The notes below the pieces were generated by a model that saw only the letters and a list, made by a program, of their open reading frames with translations, was not told where the DNA came from and made no database searches. DNA of 64,000 nt, taken from positions 372,001-436,000 of the forward strand of contig NW_027590163.1 of assembly GCF_964213995.1 (NCBI RefSeq), given 5' to 3'. Of the stretch, positions 24,465 through 35,690 are shown one piece after another. This DNA is from Mustelus asterias. Lineage: Eukaryota. Made by a program: the position numbers and the translations under genes. Positions within the stretch are counted from its first letter, which is position 1, and every line of letters begins with the position of its first letter.

Positions 24465-24820
24465 AACAAAGAACAAAGAATAAAGAACAATACAGCACAG
24501 GAACAGGCCCTTCGGCCCTCCAAGCCCGTGCCGCTCCCTGGTCCAAACTAGACCATTCTTTTGTATCCCTCCATTCTCACTTCGTTCATATGGCTATCTA
24601 GATAAGTCTTCAACGTTCCCAGTGTGTCCGCCTCCACCACCTTGCCTGGCAGCGCATTCCAGGCCCCCACCACCCTCTGTGTAAAATATGTCCTTCTGAT
24701 ATCTGTGTTAAACCTACCCCCCTTCACCTTGAACCTATGACCCCTCGTGAACGTCACCACCGACCTGGGGAAAAGCTTCCCACCGTTCACCCTATCTATG
24801 CCTTTCATAATTTTATACAC
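24465..24820 (-). mobile_element. CR1 3' end, inverted relative to 22712-23085
   Basis: ORF 24548-24820 YKIMKGIDRVNGGKLFP...; AGAACAA tail; absent from duplicate copy B. Confidence 0.85.
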
Positions 24821-24844
24821 GAGAGAGAGAGATAATCATGATGA

Positions 24845-25934
24845 TGGAGGATAACTCTGGAGTTGCATACAATAATAGTTCAATTGTTAAAAAAAACTGA
24901 ATTGTATATTTCAATATGGACACAAACATCAAAAATGGCTGGGAATGTAAACAAGCCACTGACAGCAATGTCTGCAGCGTCTCTCTCGAAGGAATAATGG
25001 AACACCACCCTCTGTTTCCAGACAAAGTAATTGTAAAACAATTGAAAGACTGGTTACCATCTCCGGTAATGACAAAGGGACATGACAATTTTTATCTGAA
25101 AGACCTGGGTGTTAATTACCTTATTGAGAATGTTTATCCTGGGTTTCCACTTTGAAGACTCAAAACACACCAGTTAAAAGCTATCCCAGAGATTTGTCCA
25201 GGGCTACTGCCTCTTAGTCAGTCGGTATGCGTGTGGGTCTGAGCCAATTATCTGAAAAAACACTTGGAAGTTTGCCACATGGAAAACGATACGGTAACTG
25301 GAGCAGTGCCCCTACAAAAATATCCAGCTTTTGCAGGAACATCTAAAATTCCTTCTCTGATTGTGAAAGTCAATCAACCAGCAGAACGATTGCAACTGGA
25401 AAAGGTTCTGAAATCTCTCTACTTAACTGCAGGACACCAGAGCTGAATAACAACTACGGGAACAATCTGTATCGACCACAGCGCTCATTGTCTGCTCCTT
25501 GCCACTCAAGGACAGTTCCATACAACGTTTTATTTATATTTGCTTGCGATTGGACACAATTGTTATGTCTAATCTGATTGAATGTAGATTCATATGTTTT
25601 ACCATTTATTCTTACCCTTATTGTTGTGAATAAACTTACTCTGTCTTCACCCAAGAAAGCCTAGTTAAATTGGTTGCTTTTTAAAAAATTTTATTGAGCC
25701 AGAAAAAGCTATTGAAGGGAAAGCGATCCTTGCAATATTCAAACTTCATGCGAGGAGCAGAGGGTGGATTGGAAAAAGGCATGGAACCAGCCATCCACAC
25801 CCAGGTTTGTGTTAATTGGGGAGATGCGGGGGGAGAGGGGGTGGGGGGGGGGAGGTGTGGGGGTGGGGGGATGGGCAGCGGCCTTACCCAGATCAACAAA
25901 CTGTGGGAAACGTCACCTGGGGCTGGTCTTAACA
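24845..25934 (+). mobile_element. Putative solo LTR-like element
   Basis: About 1.1 kb with internal AATAAA near 25629, ending GGTCTTAACA; the paralogue at 50076-52409 has TGT...ACA termini; no consistent ORF. Confidence 0.45.
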
Positions 25935-26510
25935 AAGCAGAGAGGGGCAGAGAGACAGAGATTGAGGGGGAGTGGAACAGACTGACGGCGAGAGAGAATG
26001 GGTGAGGCAGACAGCAAGAGAAACAGATAAAAATAGGGAGAGAGGGAGAATGAAATAGAGAGGTAAAGAGGCAGAGACGGAGAAAGTGAGAAGGCAAGTG
26101 AGACAGAGAGTGGGGAACAGGAAAACGGCAGAGAAAATGAGCCAAAGAGACACAGCCAGAAAGAGAGTGAGGAGAAGGAGAGGGCTGAGAGGGAGTTGTG
26201 AAAGAAGAGAGACATAGGCATCAGGAGACAGAAAGAGTGACAGACAGAGGCAGAGAGAGATAGAGAGGTAGGGACAGGCATGCAGAAGATGAAAAACAAA
26301 GATGAGAAAGATGAAAAAGAAAAAAAAAAGCAAAGATAGAGGCGAGAAATAGCTGGAGACAGAAAGACTCGCAGAGGGAATAGAGCGAGTGATCGAGGTT
26401 TAGAGAGAGGTCGATGTGGAGAGGGAAACACAGAGAAAGAGAAATGCAGAAAGATAGCAATAGTTGAGAGGGACGGGATAAGCAGAGAGGGAGCCAGTGA
26501 GACAGACTTA
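25935..26510. repeat. GA-rich low-complexity tract
   Basis: Degenerate (GA)/(GACA) purine tract; similar tracts at 49500-50070 and 52410-52820. Confidence 0.85.
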
Positions 26511-26715
26511 CCAAAAGAAATGAGTCCGTCTTGCTGAAAGCACTGGCGTGCTTATGATCCGCGGTTCATGAGGAATAATTTTTATTACCTCAAGTTTCAC
26601 AGTGCTCCAGTGGTTGCCTCTGTTTCATCCGCCCAGCAACAACTTTACTGCTGCAAGAATTGTGGAGCTCCATTTAAACCGCTCCCCAGGACTTGTTACA
26701 CAACGACTGCAGGGG

Positions 26716-26955
26716 ATGTCCGGCAAGAATTCAGCATCGCATTGTTGACAGGACGCCCTCAACAGGATGCTGGATGGTGTGGAAAGGAGGTGGGACACAC
26801 TTTACCCCCACTCCAGATGACAACCTTCCAGCAGGGTCAGAATTTTCAGCTGGAATGCAGTTGCAGCCCTGGTGAGTGCAAGTGCGTTCCAGTAGAAGAT
26901 GGAGAAGCATTGTCGGAAGAAAAGGAATGATCTTCTTCATTCAGCCTGAGTAAGT
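26716..26955 (+). pseudogene. Degenerate Myb/SANT-like ORF of PIF/Harbinger type
   Basis: Frame from ATG 26716 reads MSGKNSASHC*QDALNRMLDGVERRWDTLYPHSR*QPSSRVRIFSWNAVAALVSASAFQ*KMEKHCRKKRNDLLHSA, matching the L..LL..V...W..VA..V.......CRKK.NDL trihelix pattern. Confidence 0.65.
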
Positions 26956-27199
26956 TTCACAGGGCTCGGCGTTGGGACCCTTGCTGTTTGCGTTATATAT
27001 TAATGATATAGACGTGGGAGGCACAGTTGTTTAATTTGCAGATGACACAACGATTGGCCAAGTAGTGGATAGAGTAGAGGATAGCTATAGTCTCCAAAAC
27101 AATATCGATGGGTTGGTGAAATGGGCGGTAAAGTGTCAGATGGTTTTTGACATAGAGAAGGTCATGCATTTAAGGAGGTCAAGCAGTTAGAGTGGATGC

Positions 27200-27780
27200 C
27201 AAAAGAACACATCTGTTGTTTCCCAACGGAACGAACACGGATATCTACTGCTTGATGAAGTGCAGGCCTGAGGTATTCAAGTCGGGTGACCGTGACCTAT
27301 ACAAGAAAGCCAGATAAGATCTACACGAACCATCAAATATGTCGAGAGACAGTAGCAGACAAAGCTAGAGTCCCAGGCTCACCACACAGACTCCCGTTGA
27401 TGTATTCAAGAAAATACAGGCCACACGGCCAAGGCATGTAGAATCGCCGGCACCAATGCACCCCTCCCAGATGAGCTCAATGTATTTGATATCCGTTTTG
27501 AGCAAGATGTCGGTGAGGGCTCGCCTTCCACCCTGGAAGCCTCGGCTGAACCGCTATCGAGGTCACCATCCAGACATCAGATCGGCCTTCTCGAAAGTTA
27601 ACCCCCGGAAACCGACTGGCCTGGATGGGGTACCCGGACGGGCAGTCAGAACCTGCGTGGACCAGCTGGCTGGGGTATTTGCAAACATCTTTAACCGCTC
27701 CTTACACCGATCTGAGGTGCCTTTCTGCTTCAGGCAGACGATCACCATCCTTGTACCAAAGGCAACGTGCCTCAATGATG
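27200..27780 (+). mobile_element. Rex1/Babar LINE fragment, preceded by a short CR1 RT piece at about 26960-27195
   Basis: DIRSAFSKVNPRKPTGLDGVPGRAVRTCVDQLAGVFANIFNRSL...FRQTITILVPK. Confidence 0.8.
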
Positions 27781-28089
27781 ATCAGAAAGTTGGAAAGCCA
27801 AAGAGCAACTCTTGCCGCTCTGCACCGAATTCCCACTTCGTTCCAAATGCAACAATATCCTCCCTCGCTCTGGCTGTGTCTCACTCAGTATGCGCTCACT
27901 CTCAACCGTTGGTGCTCCCACTGACTTTCGATTCCAAAGGGACGTTCCAGCATTTTCCTGCTGCTGAGGTTGTTGTGTGTGCGGGTGTGTTGTGCAGATT
28001 TGGAAGCTGAACTGGACATTGTCAGAGTTGCTGGGATTGCTGTGTATGGCCTCTGGATTTCTAATCCACTTCCATATCCACTGCACCAA

Positions 28090-28580
28090 CCGCGCTCAGT
28101 CTGCCACCCCGGCCCTTTAAATACTCGCCTCCTCCCCCGGCACAGCCAATCACAACATCGTTTTTTCCCCGCGCTCGCGCTCCGAACCTTGGGACTTAAA
28201 TCGTGGCTCATCGCCCCGCCTCCTCCAGCTCGTGCTGTCGGAGCAACCAATCAGAACATTGCCCTCGGGCCTTGGCCGTTAGGGTTTGAAGGTTTATCTC
28301 CGCCCCTCCAGCTCGTGCTGACTGACTAACTCCCCAATCAGAGCGGGAGCATCTTCCCCGTGATCCATCTAGCCCCCCCCCCCCCCCCCCACACTTTCGT
28401 GCTGTCTGACCCTCAATCAGAGCGGGAGCTTTTTTCCCACGCTCCCTTTTCCGGCCGCTCGCGCTTTTGCCGTTGGGAGTTTAATGGCTGAGCTCGCGAG
28501 GCCACTCCTTCAGTCTCCTCCAGTCACTCTGCAGAGCGGCCTCAGGGGCTCCTCCAGCCCGCTTCCCAGTCACTCATAAC
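28090..28580. promoter_or_regulatory. CpG-rich promoter-like segment with repeated CCAAT boxes
   Basis: CCAATCA at 28146, 28247, 28334 (TCAATCA at 28413), GC boxes, TATTTAAA on the minus strand at 28116-28123; paralogue at 54980-55320. Confidence 0.45.
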
Positions 28581-30084
28581 CCTCAGGGAAAAAGGGGAAG
28601 CATGCAAACCGAGAGTGTGTGGGTTGTAGGGATTATTGAAGCCAATTCCAGCCGCATTCTCTTTCGGAAAACCAACAGCAAAAAAAACCTCCCAGAAACC
28701 TAGAGTGTGGGGGGTGTGTATTGATGGAGCGAATTCCTCTTTCAATCTCTCGGTGCAAAACCAGCAGCAAAAACACACAAATTGCTGAGGAAAAGACCAG
28801 GTGCATCTAGGCGGTGCTCCGGCTACAGGGTTGTTGAAGATGTCGTGGCGTTTGGTGTCTTTTACCGAATCCACCAGGAGTCCGGGCGCGGCGTCCAGTT
28901 TGCCGTTGGTCCCTCTGGACCGTCCAGCAACATCGATAATGCAGTCAAAGTCACTATTAGTAAAATAAAGGTAATCATGAGGGCTTTAAATTTGTATTCG
29001 TAAACATTTGAAATGAGCTATAATTTTAGGTGTGTCTAATTTACGGTTTCTGTGCCTGGAAGCTGTAGTTGGATTCATGTTGGACAAAGGTGTTTATGTG
29101 TATGGGGGTTGGTTAATTTCTAAAAGTTTTTGTTGTGCTTAGATAGAGCGACAGCGTGAAGAGTAAACTAAGCGGACAGCACAGGTGAAGTGTTGCTTAT
29201 CAAATGGAGGTCCTTATAAGGTAAAACGCTTTTTAGTTTTAGTTCAGCTAATTTGAGAGCAATTGGAGCCAGATAACTGAGAATAAGCAACTCTTAACTC
29301 TGCAACGGAGATGGAAATCGGTGGATCTTGTGTTGGTTCATTCTTCATTTAAATCCAAAATTAAATGATTTGGTTAATTTTACATCTCAAGAATTTTGTT
29401 TCAGAGAACTGAAGGCAGTTATTCATCTCTAAGTCAATTTTCCAGGCTCGATAATCGTGAACTCTCATCTTGACATATCAAATGTGTTAAGGAATGGATC
29501 AGGAACCCCAGAGTATAGTATGAAGCCTGACTAGATCCCAACAGTTTTTCTATTTTGGCTTTCGTGTGAGAATGAAGTGTTTCACACCAGGTGTGATTCT
29601 ATTGACACGGGGTAGTTTTCATCGAAACAAACTTTATTTAACAATACAGGTTTAACATAACAAACGGATTAGCTTAACGTTTATCAATTGGAATACTTAA
29701 AAATGACAAGGCACAATTCTCAGCTCCGAACGAATCTCTATTAGTTCCAATTCAAGCAATATTCTTAGTATAATCTTAAACTCCTCTTCAAAATCAATTA
29801 GCAATACACAGGCTTATTTGCTTGTTCTTGTTAACAGTCCTTTGTATATTTGTACTTGGGCTGCCAGTCCTCGAGCCTTCAGAGCACCTCTGGAGAGAAA
29901 GAGAGGGAAAGATTATTTCTCCTTGTAGGTCCCAAAGAGGAGCCTTAGGGGAGCGAGTGAGAGAGAAAGAGAGAGAGCGAGCGAGAGAGAGAGACAGAGT
30001 ATCTTACTTCCTTTAGGACCTGACAGTGACTGCTTGCTTTTCCCTCCTACCCTTATGCACATGACTGCCAATGAACTTAATCAA

Positions 30085-30345
30085 AACCCAGGATTGGGTG
30101 ACTGTCTGTGCAGAGTTTGCATATTCTCCCTGTGTCTCATGGGTTCCCTCCATGTGGCCCAGCGTTCTCCCAGTCCAAATATCTACGGGTTCGATGGACA
30201 GGCCATGCTAAATTGTACCATAGTGTAAGGGGGACTAGCAGGGTAAATAGGTGAGATTACGTGGACAATATCTGGGTGGGATTGTTGACGGTGCAAGCTC
30301 AATGGGCCGAATGGCCTTCTTCTGCACTGCAGATATTCTATGATT
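30085..30345 (+). mobile_element. HE1/V-SINE-type SINE, 5'-truncated
   Basis: Core and CR1-like tail; paralogous copy at 58540-58790. Confidence 0.7.
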
Positions 30346-30856
30346 CCGTCCCGCTCAGGGCGGTCAGTGAGTCTGAGAACATTAACCACCCCAGCTCAAC
30401 TACAAATGTTCACTTTAGAGAAACTCCTTTAAGATACGGATACATGGAATCAGACATTGGAAGCAGTCGGCATTTTCATCGGACTGAAAGGACAACTGAC
30501 AGGAAAAGGAAAGAAAAATAACCCATGGTCAAGGTTACTGCAAGGAAGAAGGGATTTCTTCTCCATAACTTCCTTACAGTAGAGGTCTTTATTCTAATGA
30601 TTAAAACGTTGTACACATGTTCCTGGTGTAGGTGAAACAACAGTTATGAATAGTTGGTATAACGTTGGCGTTGTCCTTGGAGGATAGTTGCATTGAACAA
30701 GTGAATTATCTGGGATGCGTTCAGAGATTGGTGGGAACTGCAGGACTGTGTAAGGGTTTATGCTCCATGCGGTCATGCTGATGTGCAATGGCACTGGTTA
30801 CTGGGCGCAGTCACAGGAGTAAAGCAGCTAGTGTCATTGGCTGGAAATTCAGAATA

Positions 30857-32786
30857 GAGTCATAGAGGTTTACAGCATGGAAAGAGGCCCTTCGGCCCAA
30901 CTTGTCCATGCCACCCTTTTTTTTAAACCCGTGAGCTAATCCCATTTGCCCGCATTTGGCCCATATCCCTCCATACCCATCATACCCATGTAACTATCTA
31001 AATGCTTTTTAAAAGATAAAATGGTACCAGCCTCTACTCCTACCTCTCGAAGCTTGTTCCAGACACTCACCATCCTCTGTGTGAAAAAAAATGCCCCTCT
31101 GGACACTTTTGTATCTCTCCCCTCTCACCTTAAACCTATGCCTTCTAGTTTTATACTCCCCTACATTTGGGAAAATATATTGACTATCTACCTTGTCAAT
31201 GCCCCTCATTATTTTATAGACCTCTAAAAGGTCACCCCTCAGCCTCCGGAGAAAGAAGTCCCAGTCTATTCAGCCTCTCCTTATAACTCAATCCATCAAG
31301 TCCCGGTAGCATCCTAGTAAAACTTTTCTGCACTCTTTCTAGTTTAATAATATCCTTTCTTTAATAGGGTGACCAGAATTGCACGCAGTATTCCAAGTGT
31401 GGCCTTATCAATGTCTTGTACAACTTTAACAAGACGTCCCAACTCCTGTATTCAATGTTCTGACCGATGAAACCAAGCATGCCAAATGCCCTCTTCCCCA
31501 CTCTGTCCACCCGTCATTCCACTTTCAAAGAGCTATGAACCTGTACCCCTAGATCTCTTTGTTATGTAACTCTCCCCAACGCCCTACCATTAACTGAATA
31601 AGTCCTGGCCTGGTTCAATCTACCAAAATGCATCACCTCGCATTTGTCTAAATTAAACTCCATCTGCCATTCGCCAGCCCACTGGCCCAATTGATCAAGA
31701 TCCCGTTGCAGTTGGAGATAACTTTCTTCACTGTCCACTATGCCACCAAGCTTGGTGTCATCTGCAAACTTACTAACCATGCCCCGTATATTCTCATCCA
31801 AATCATTAATATAAATGACAAATAACAGTGGGCCCAGCACTGATCCCTGAGGCACACCACTGGTCACAGGCCTCCAGTTTGAAAAACAACTCTCTACAAC
31901 CACCCTCTGGCTTCTGTCAAGAAGCCAATTTTGTATCCAATTAGATACCACACCCTAGATACCGTAAGATTAACCTTAATCCAACAACCTACCATGTGGT
32001 ACCTTGTCAAAGGCCTTGCTAAAGTCCATGCAGACAACATCAACTGCACTGCTCTCATCTACCTTCTTGGTTACCCCTTCAAAAAACTCAATTAAATTTG
32101 TGAGTCATGATTGTCCACTCACAAAGCCATGTTGACTGTCCCTAATCAGTCCCTAAATCTCTAAATGCCTGTAGATCCTGCCTCTCAAAATACCTTCCAA
32201 CAATTTACCCACCACAGACGTGAGGCTCACTGGCCTGTAGTTCCCAGGCTATTTGCTACAGCCTTTTTTAAACAAAGGCACAACATTTGCCACTCTCCAA
32301 TCTTCAGGCACCTCACCCGTGACTATCGATGATTCAATTATCTCGGCCATGGGACCCGCAATTTCCTCCCTCGCCTCCCACAACTTCCTGGGTTATACCT
32401 CATCAGGTCCCGGAGATTTATCTACCTTCATGCGCTTTAAGACTTCCAGCACCTCCTTTTCTGTAATGTGTACAGTCCTCAAGACATCACTATTTATTTC
32501 CCCAAGTTCCCTAACATCCATGCTTTTCTCAATAGTAAATACTGATGAGAAATATTCATTTAGCATCTCACCCATCTCTTGTGGATCTGCACATAGATGA
32601 CCTTGTTGATCCTTAAGAGGCCCTACTCTCTCCCTTGTTACTCTTTAGCTCCTGATGTATTTGTAGAAGCTCTTTGGATTCTCCTTTGCCTTATCTGCCA
32701 AAGCAATTTCGTGTCCCCTTTTTGCCCTCCTGATTTATCTCTGAACTGTCCTCCGACGCGCCCTATACTCTTCAAGGGATTCACTT
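30857..32786 (-). mobile_element. 5'-truncated CR1
   Basis: RT motifs SGVPQGSVLGPLLF and KFADDTK; probable target duplication GAATA at 30852-30856 and 32787-32791; empty site visible in copy B at about 59250. Confidence 0.9.
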
Positions 32787-34769
32787 GAATATATCAGAGC
32801 TTTAATTGTCGTAACTCCTGGCCACTGTCAGGATGTAGGAGTGAGGCAGAATCGTGGATGGAGCGGGACTGAAAAATACATATTTCAATCCCAGCATCAC
32901 TAGTCAAACTACTTTGTGCAATTTTTAATTTGTCTCTCTAACACACCAGATACAGTAATATCTCGGCATGTATGACACTGCAGACACAGAGGGTAGTTCC
33001 AAACTTCACTTATTTTGATTTTGACAATCGGATAAAAGTCTTTGTTATTTATAAATTACCTAGTGGAATAAAGGCTCCTCTAACAACAGAAGGTCCTGTC
33101 AGGTATTATCAGTGATGAAAGCTTGCACAAGTGAAATATTCCAATGGCCTTTACAACATTGAACGTGGAAGTAAAATTTGTTTATTTAATAACCAGATAT
33201 TTTTTCAAAAGCAACCAGTTCTCACAATGGTTTGGTCAATACACCGCAAATTATAACCATGTCGACGGTTTCCTTATTATAACGTGGCCAGAAATAGAGG
33301 ATAGCTGCTGTGTGGCTTCATAATGACTGGAGTCAATGTGTTGGGAACATTTTTCATTTCAGGCCTGATATTTTTAAGAGGTATTTCCGATCTCTTTCTC
33401 ATTGTGAATAGGTGCTGATCTGATTTGTAAAATTTACAATGGTTGAAGCCGGGAGAAAGGACAGACATATATTCGTGTCATTCACCGTCATGAGGCGAGT
33501 TTCGAGGTACTGTAAAATCAAGGTGTCGGGCAGAATTTTTGAAAATTGGATTGTGTTGTGAGAGTAATCGAAGGCTGAATGTCAGTGGGACTGTTGAATC
33601 AATGTCAATATTACAAGAGTTAATAAAGACTCCCACCCTTGTCACCACCAAAAATAAATTCACCATTTTATGTCTAAACCTGACCAGAGGAAGCTGTTTC
33701 TCCTGGGCTTTCTCAGCGTTGTCACCCTCTGGAAGAAACGTTAAAGCAACTCAGTGTTTGCTCTATCAGATGTACCTGAAGAAGCTGACACTGGATTAAA
33801 CTAATTCACCATCGCCTCTCCTCTCCATCCCTCTCCCCATCCTCTCCCCCAACTTCCCGCCACCCCGCCCCCCCCCCCCTCCCGCCATACAAACATACAC
33901 ACACACGCACGCCACCCAAGAATCTCAATGCCCTGAGAGCAGCCTGGTTCACACAGGGACTGAGTGTTGGGTAAGAGTGATCACGGCGTTGCATCATTTA
34001 ATTTGATAATGGAAAAGTACAGGGAACATTCCAAACAAACAAAAACAATTCACGGCAGGAAAACTGATTTCCATGGGAAATCCAGAACGTATCCGGCTCA
34101 GATAAATCAGTATCAAATACCATCAAGCAAAACTTTGTAACTGAACTTTGAAGAAGATATATACTAGGTACACACAAGGCAAATTCACATGGAGGGGAAA
34201 GATGAGGCAAACAAATGCAAAGCTCCCTCGATGGTGAGAGAGACAGAGATTAATATTAAGTAGATGAACAAACGGGTTTATAACAGATGTCAGGTGGATA
34301 GTACAATTGGGAAGGGGGATGTGTGACACTATTGTGTCTTTAAGAATTGCATTTTAATCATGTTTCTCTGCAGATCTTTCAAGCAGGCCTCGCCTTTCTT
34401 GCATTGTTGCCATGATGTCTGTGCCAGTATATTTTATTGTTGTTGAAGCAATATAATGTTGATTTATAATGTTGGCCTAATGCAGTGACCTGGAGTTTTG
34501 TGACCCCTCTGGGAAATGTTGATTTGCGAATGATTGACAGTTGATACCTTCTGACAGTCTTTCTTATGACACGTAAATTCCAAAGGTTTTAGTTTCAGTT
34601 TGGTTAGAAGCTAGTTGGACTGCAGGCTGAAAGCAGTGTTTGTTTTTGACTCTGTTCCTGGTGTTGGAAATTCTGCTGTTGGTGGCTGGCTAACTAAAAG
34701 CTAGAGGCAAGTAATGCTTTTGCCTCGAAGTGAGCTGGAAGCTCCAGGGCCATAAAACCTCCGGGATTA

Positions 34770-35690
34770 CCGATGACACAAAGGTTGAATAAGTGGTTAA
34801 CAGTGAGGTTGAGCGACTTAGATCACATCAATTGCTCAACGAGATGGTTAAATGGGTGGATAAGTGGCAGATGGAATTTAACCCTGAAAAGTGTGAGGTG
34901 ATGAACTTTGGAAAGAATAAATTGACAAGGAAATATGCTATGAAAGGTCAGACACTGAGAAGTTCCAAAGAACAAAGGGACCTTAGCGTGTTTGTCCATA
35001 GATCTCTTATGGTGGAAAGGCAAGTTAATAGGTGTGGAAAGGGCATATGGCACATTCGCCTTTGTCAAGCGGGGTATAGATTACAAAAGCACAGAGGTCA
35101 TGATGGAATTGTTTAGAACTTTGGTGAGGCCGCAGCTGGAGTACTGTGTGCAGTTCTGATCGCCACATTATAGGATTGATGTGAAAGCACTGGAGGCGGT
35201 GCAGAGGAGATGAAACAGGATGCTGCCTGGGATGGAACATTTAAGTTATGAAGTGAGGTTGAGTCCACAGAGATCCACAGAGAGGTCGGAGCACAGAAGA
35301 CTCAGGAGCGACCTGATTGAGGTGTTCAAGATTATGAGGGCATAGACAGAGTGGATAGGGAGCAACTGTTCCCCTCAGTTGAAGGGTCAATTACGAGTGT
35401 CAAAAGTTAAAACTGAGCGGTGGGAATATTAGGGGGATTTGAGGAAAACATTTTTTAATCAGAGGGTGGTGACAGTGTGGAATGCACTGCCTGGGAGGTA
35501 GTGGAGGGGGGATGCCTTACATCCTTTAAAAAGTACGTGGATGAGTTCTTGCCACACCATAACATTCAAGGCTTTGAGCCAAGTGCTGGCAAGTGGGATT
35601 AGGTGCGCAGATCAGGGCATTTCATGCATCATACAGACTCTATGTGCGAAAGGTCCTCTTCTGCACTGTCGTGTTCTGTGATTCTGTTTC
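34770..35690 (+). mobile_element. Degenerate CR1 3' portion
   Basis: KWQMEFNPEKCEVM, LVRPQLEYCVQF; tail TTCTGTGATTCTG. Confidence 0.8.

Noticed and set aside
24916-25446. Consecutive in-frame ORFs suggesting a read-through gene
   Set aside because: No recognisable motif, internal stops, and the frame is not preserved in the paralogue at 50.1-50.7 kb; better explained as LTR-like sequence.
25681-26514. Hydrophobic Leu/Ser/Phe-rich minus-strand ORFs resembling membrane proteins (also 49444-50072 and 52388-52871)
   Set aside because: Artefacts of GA-rich low-complexity DNA.
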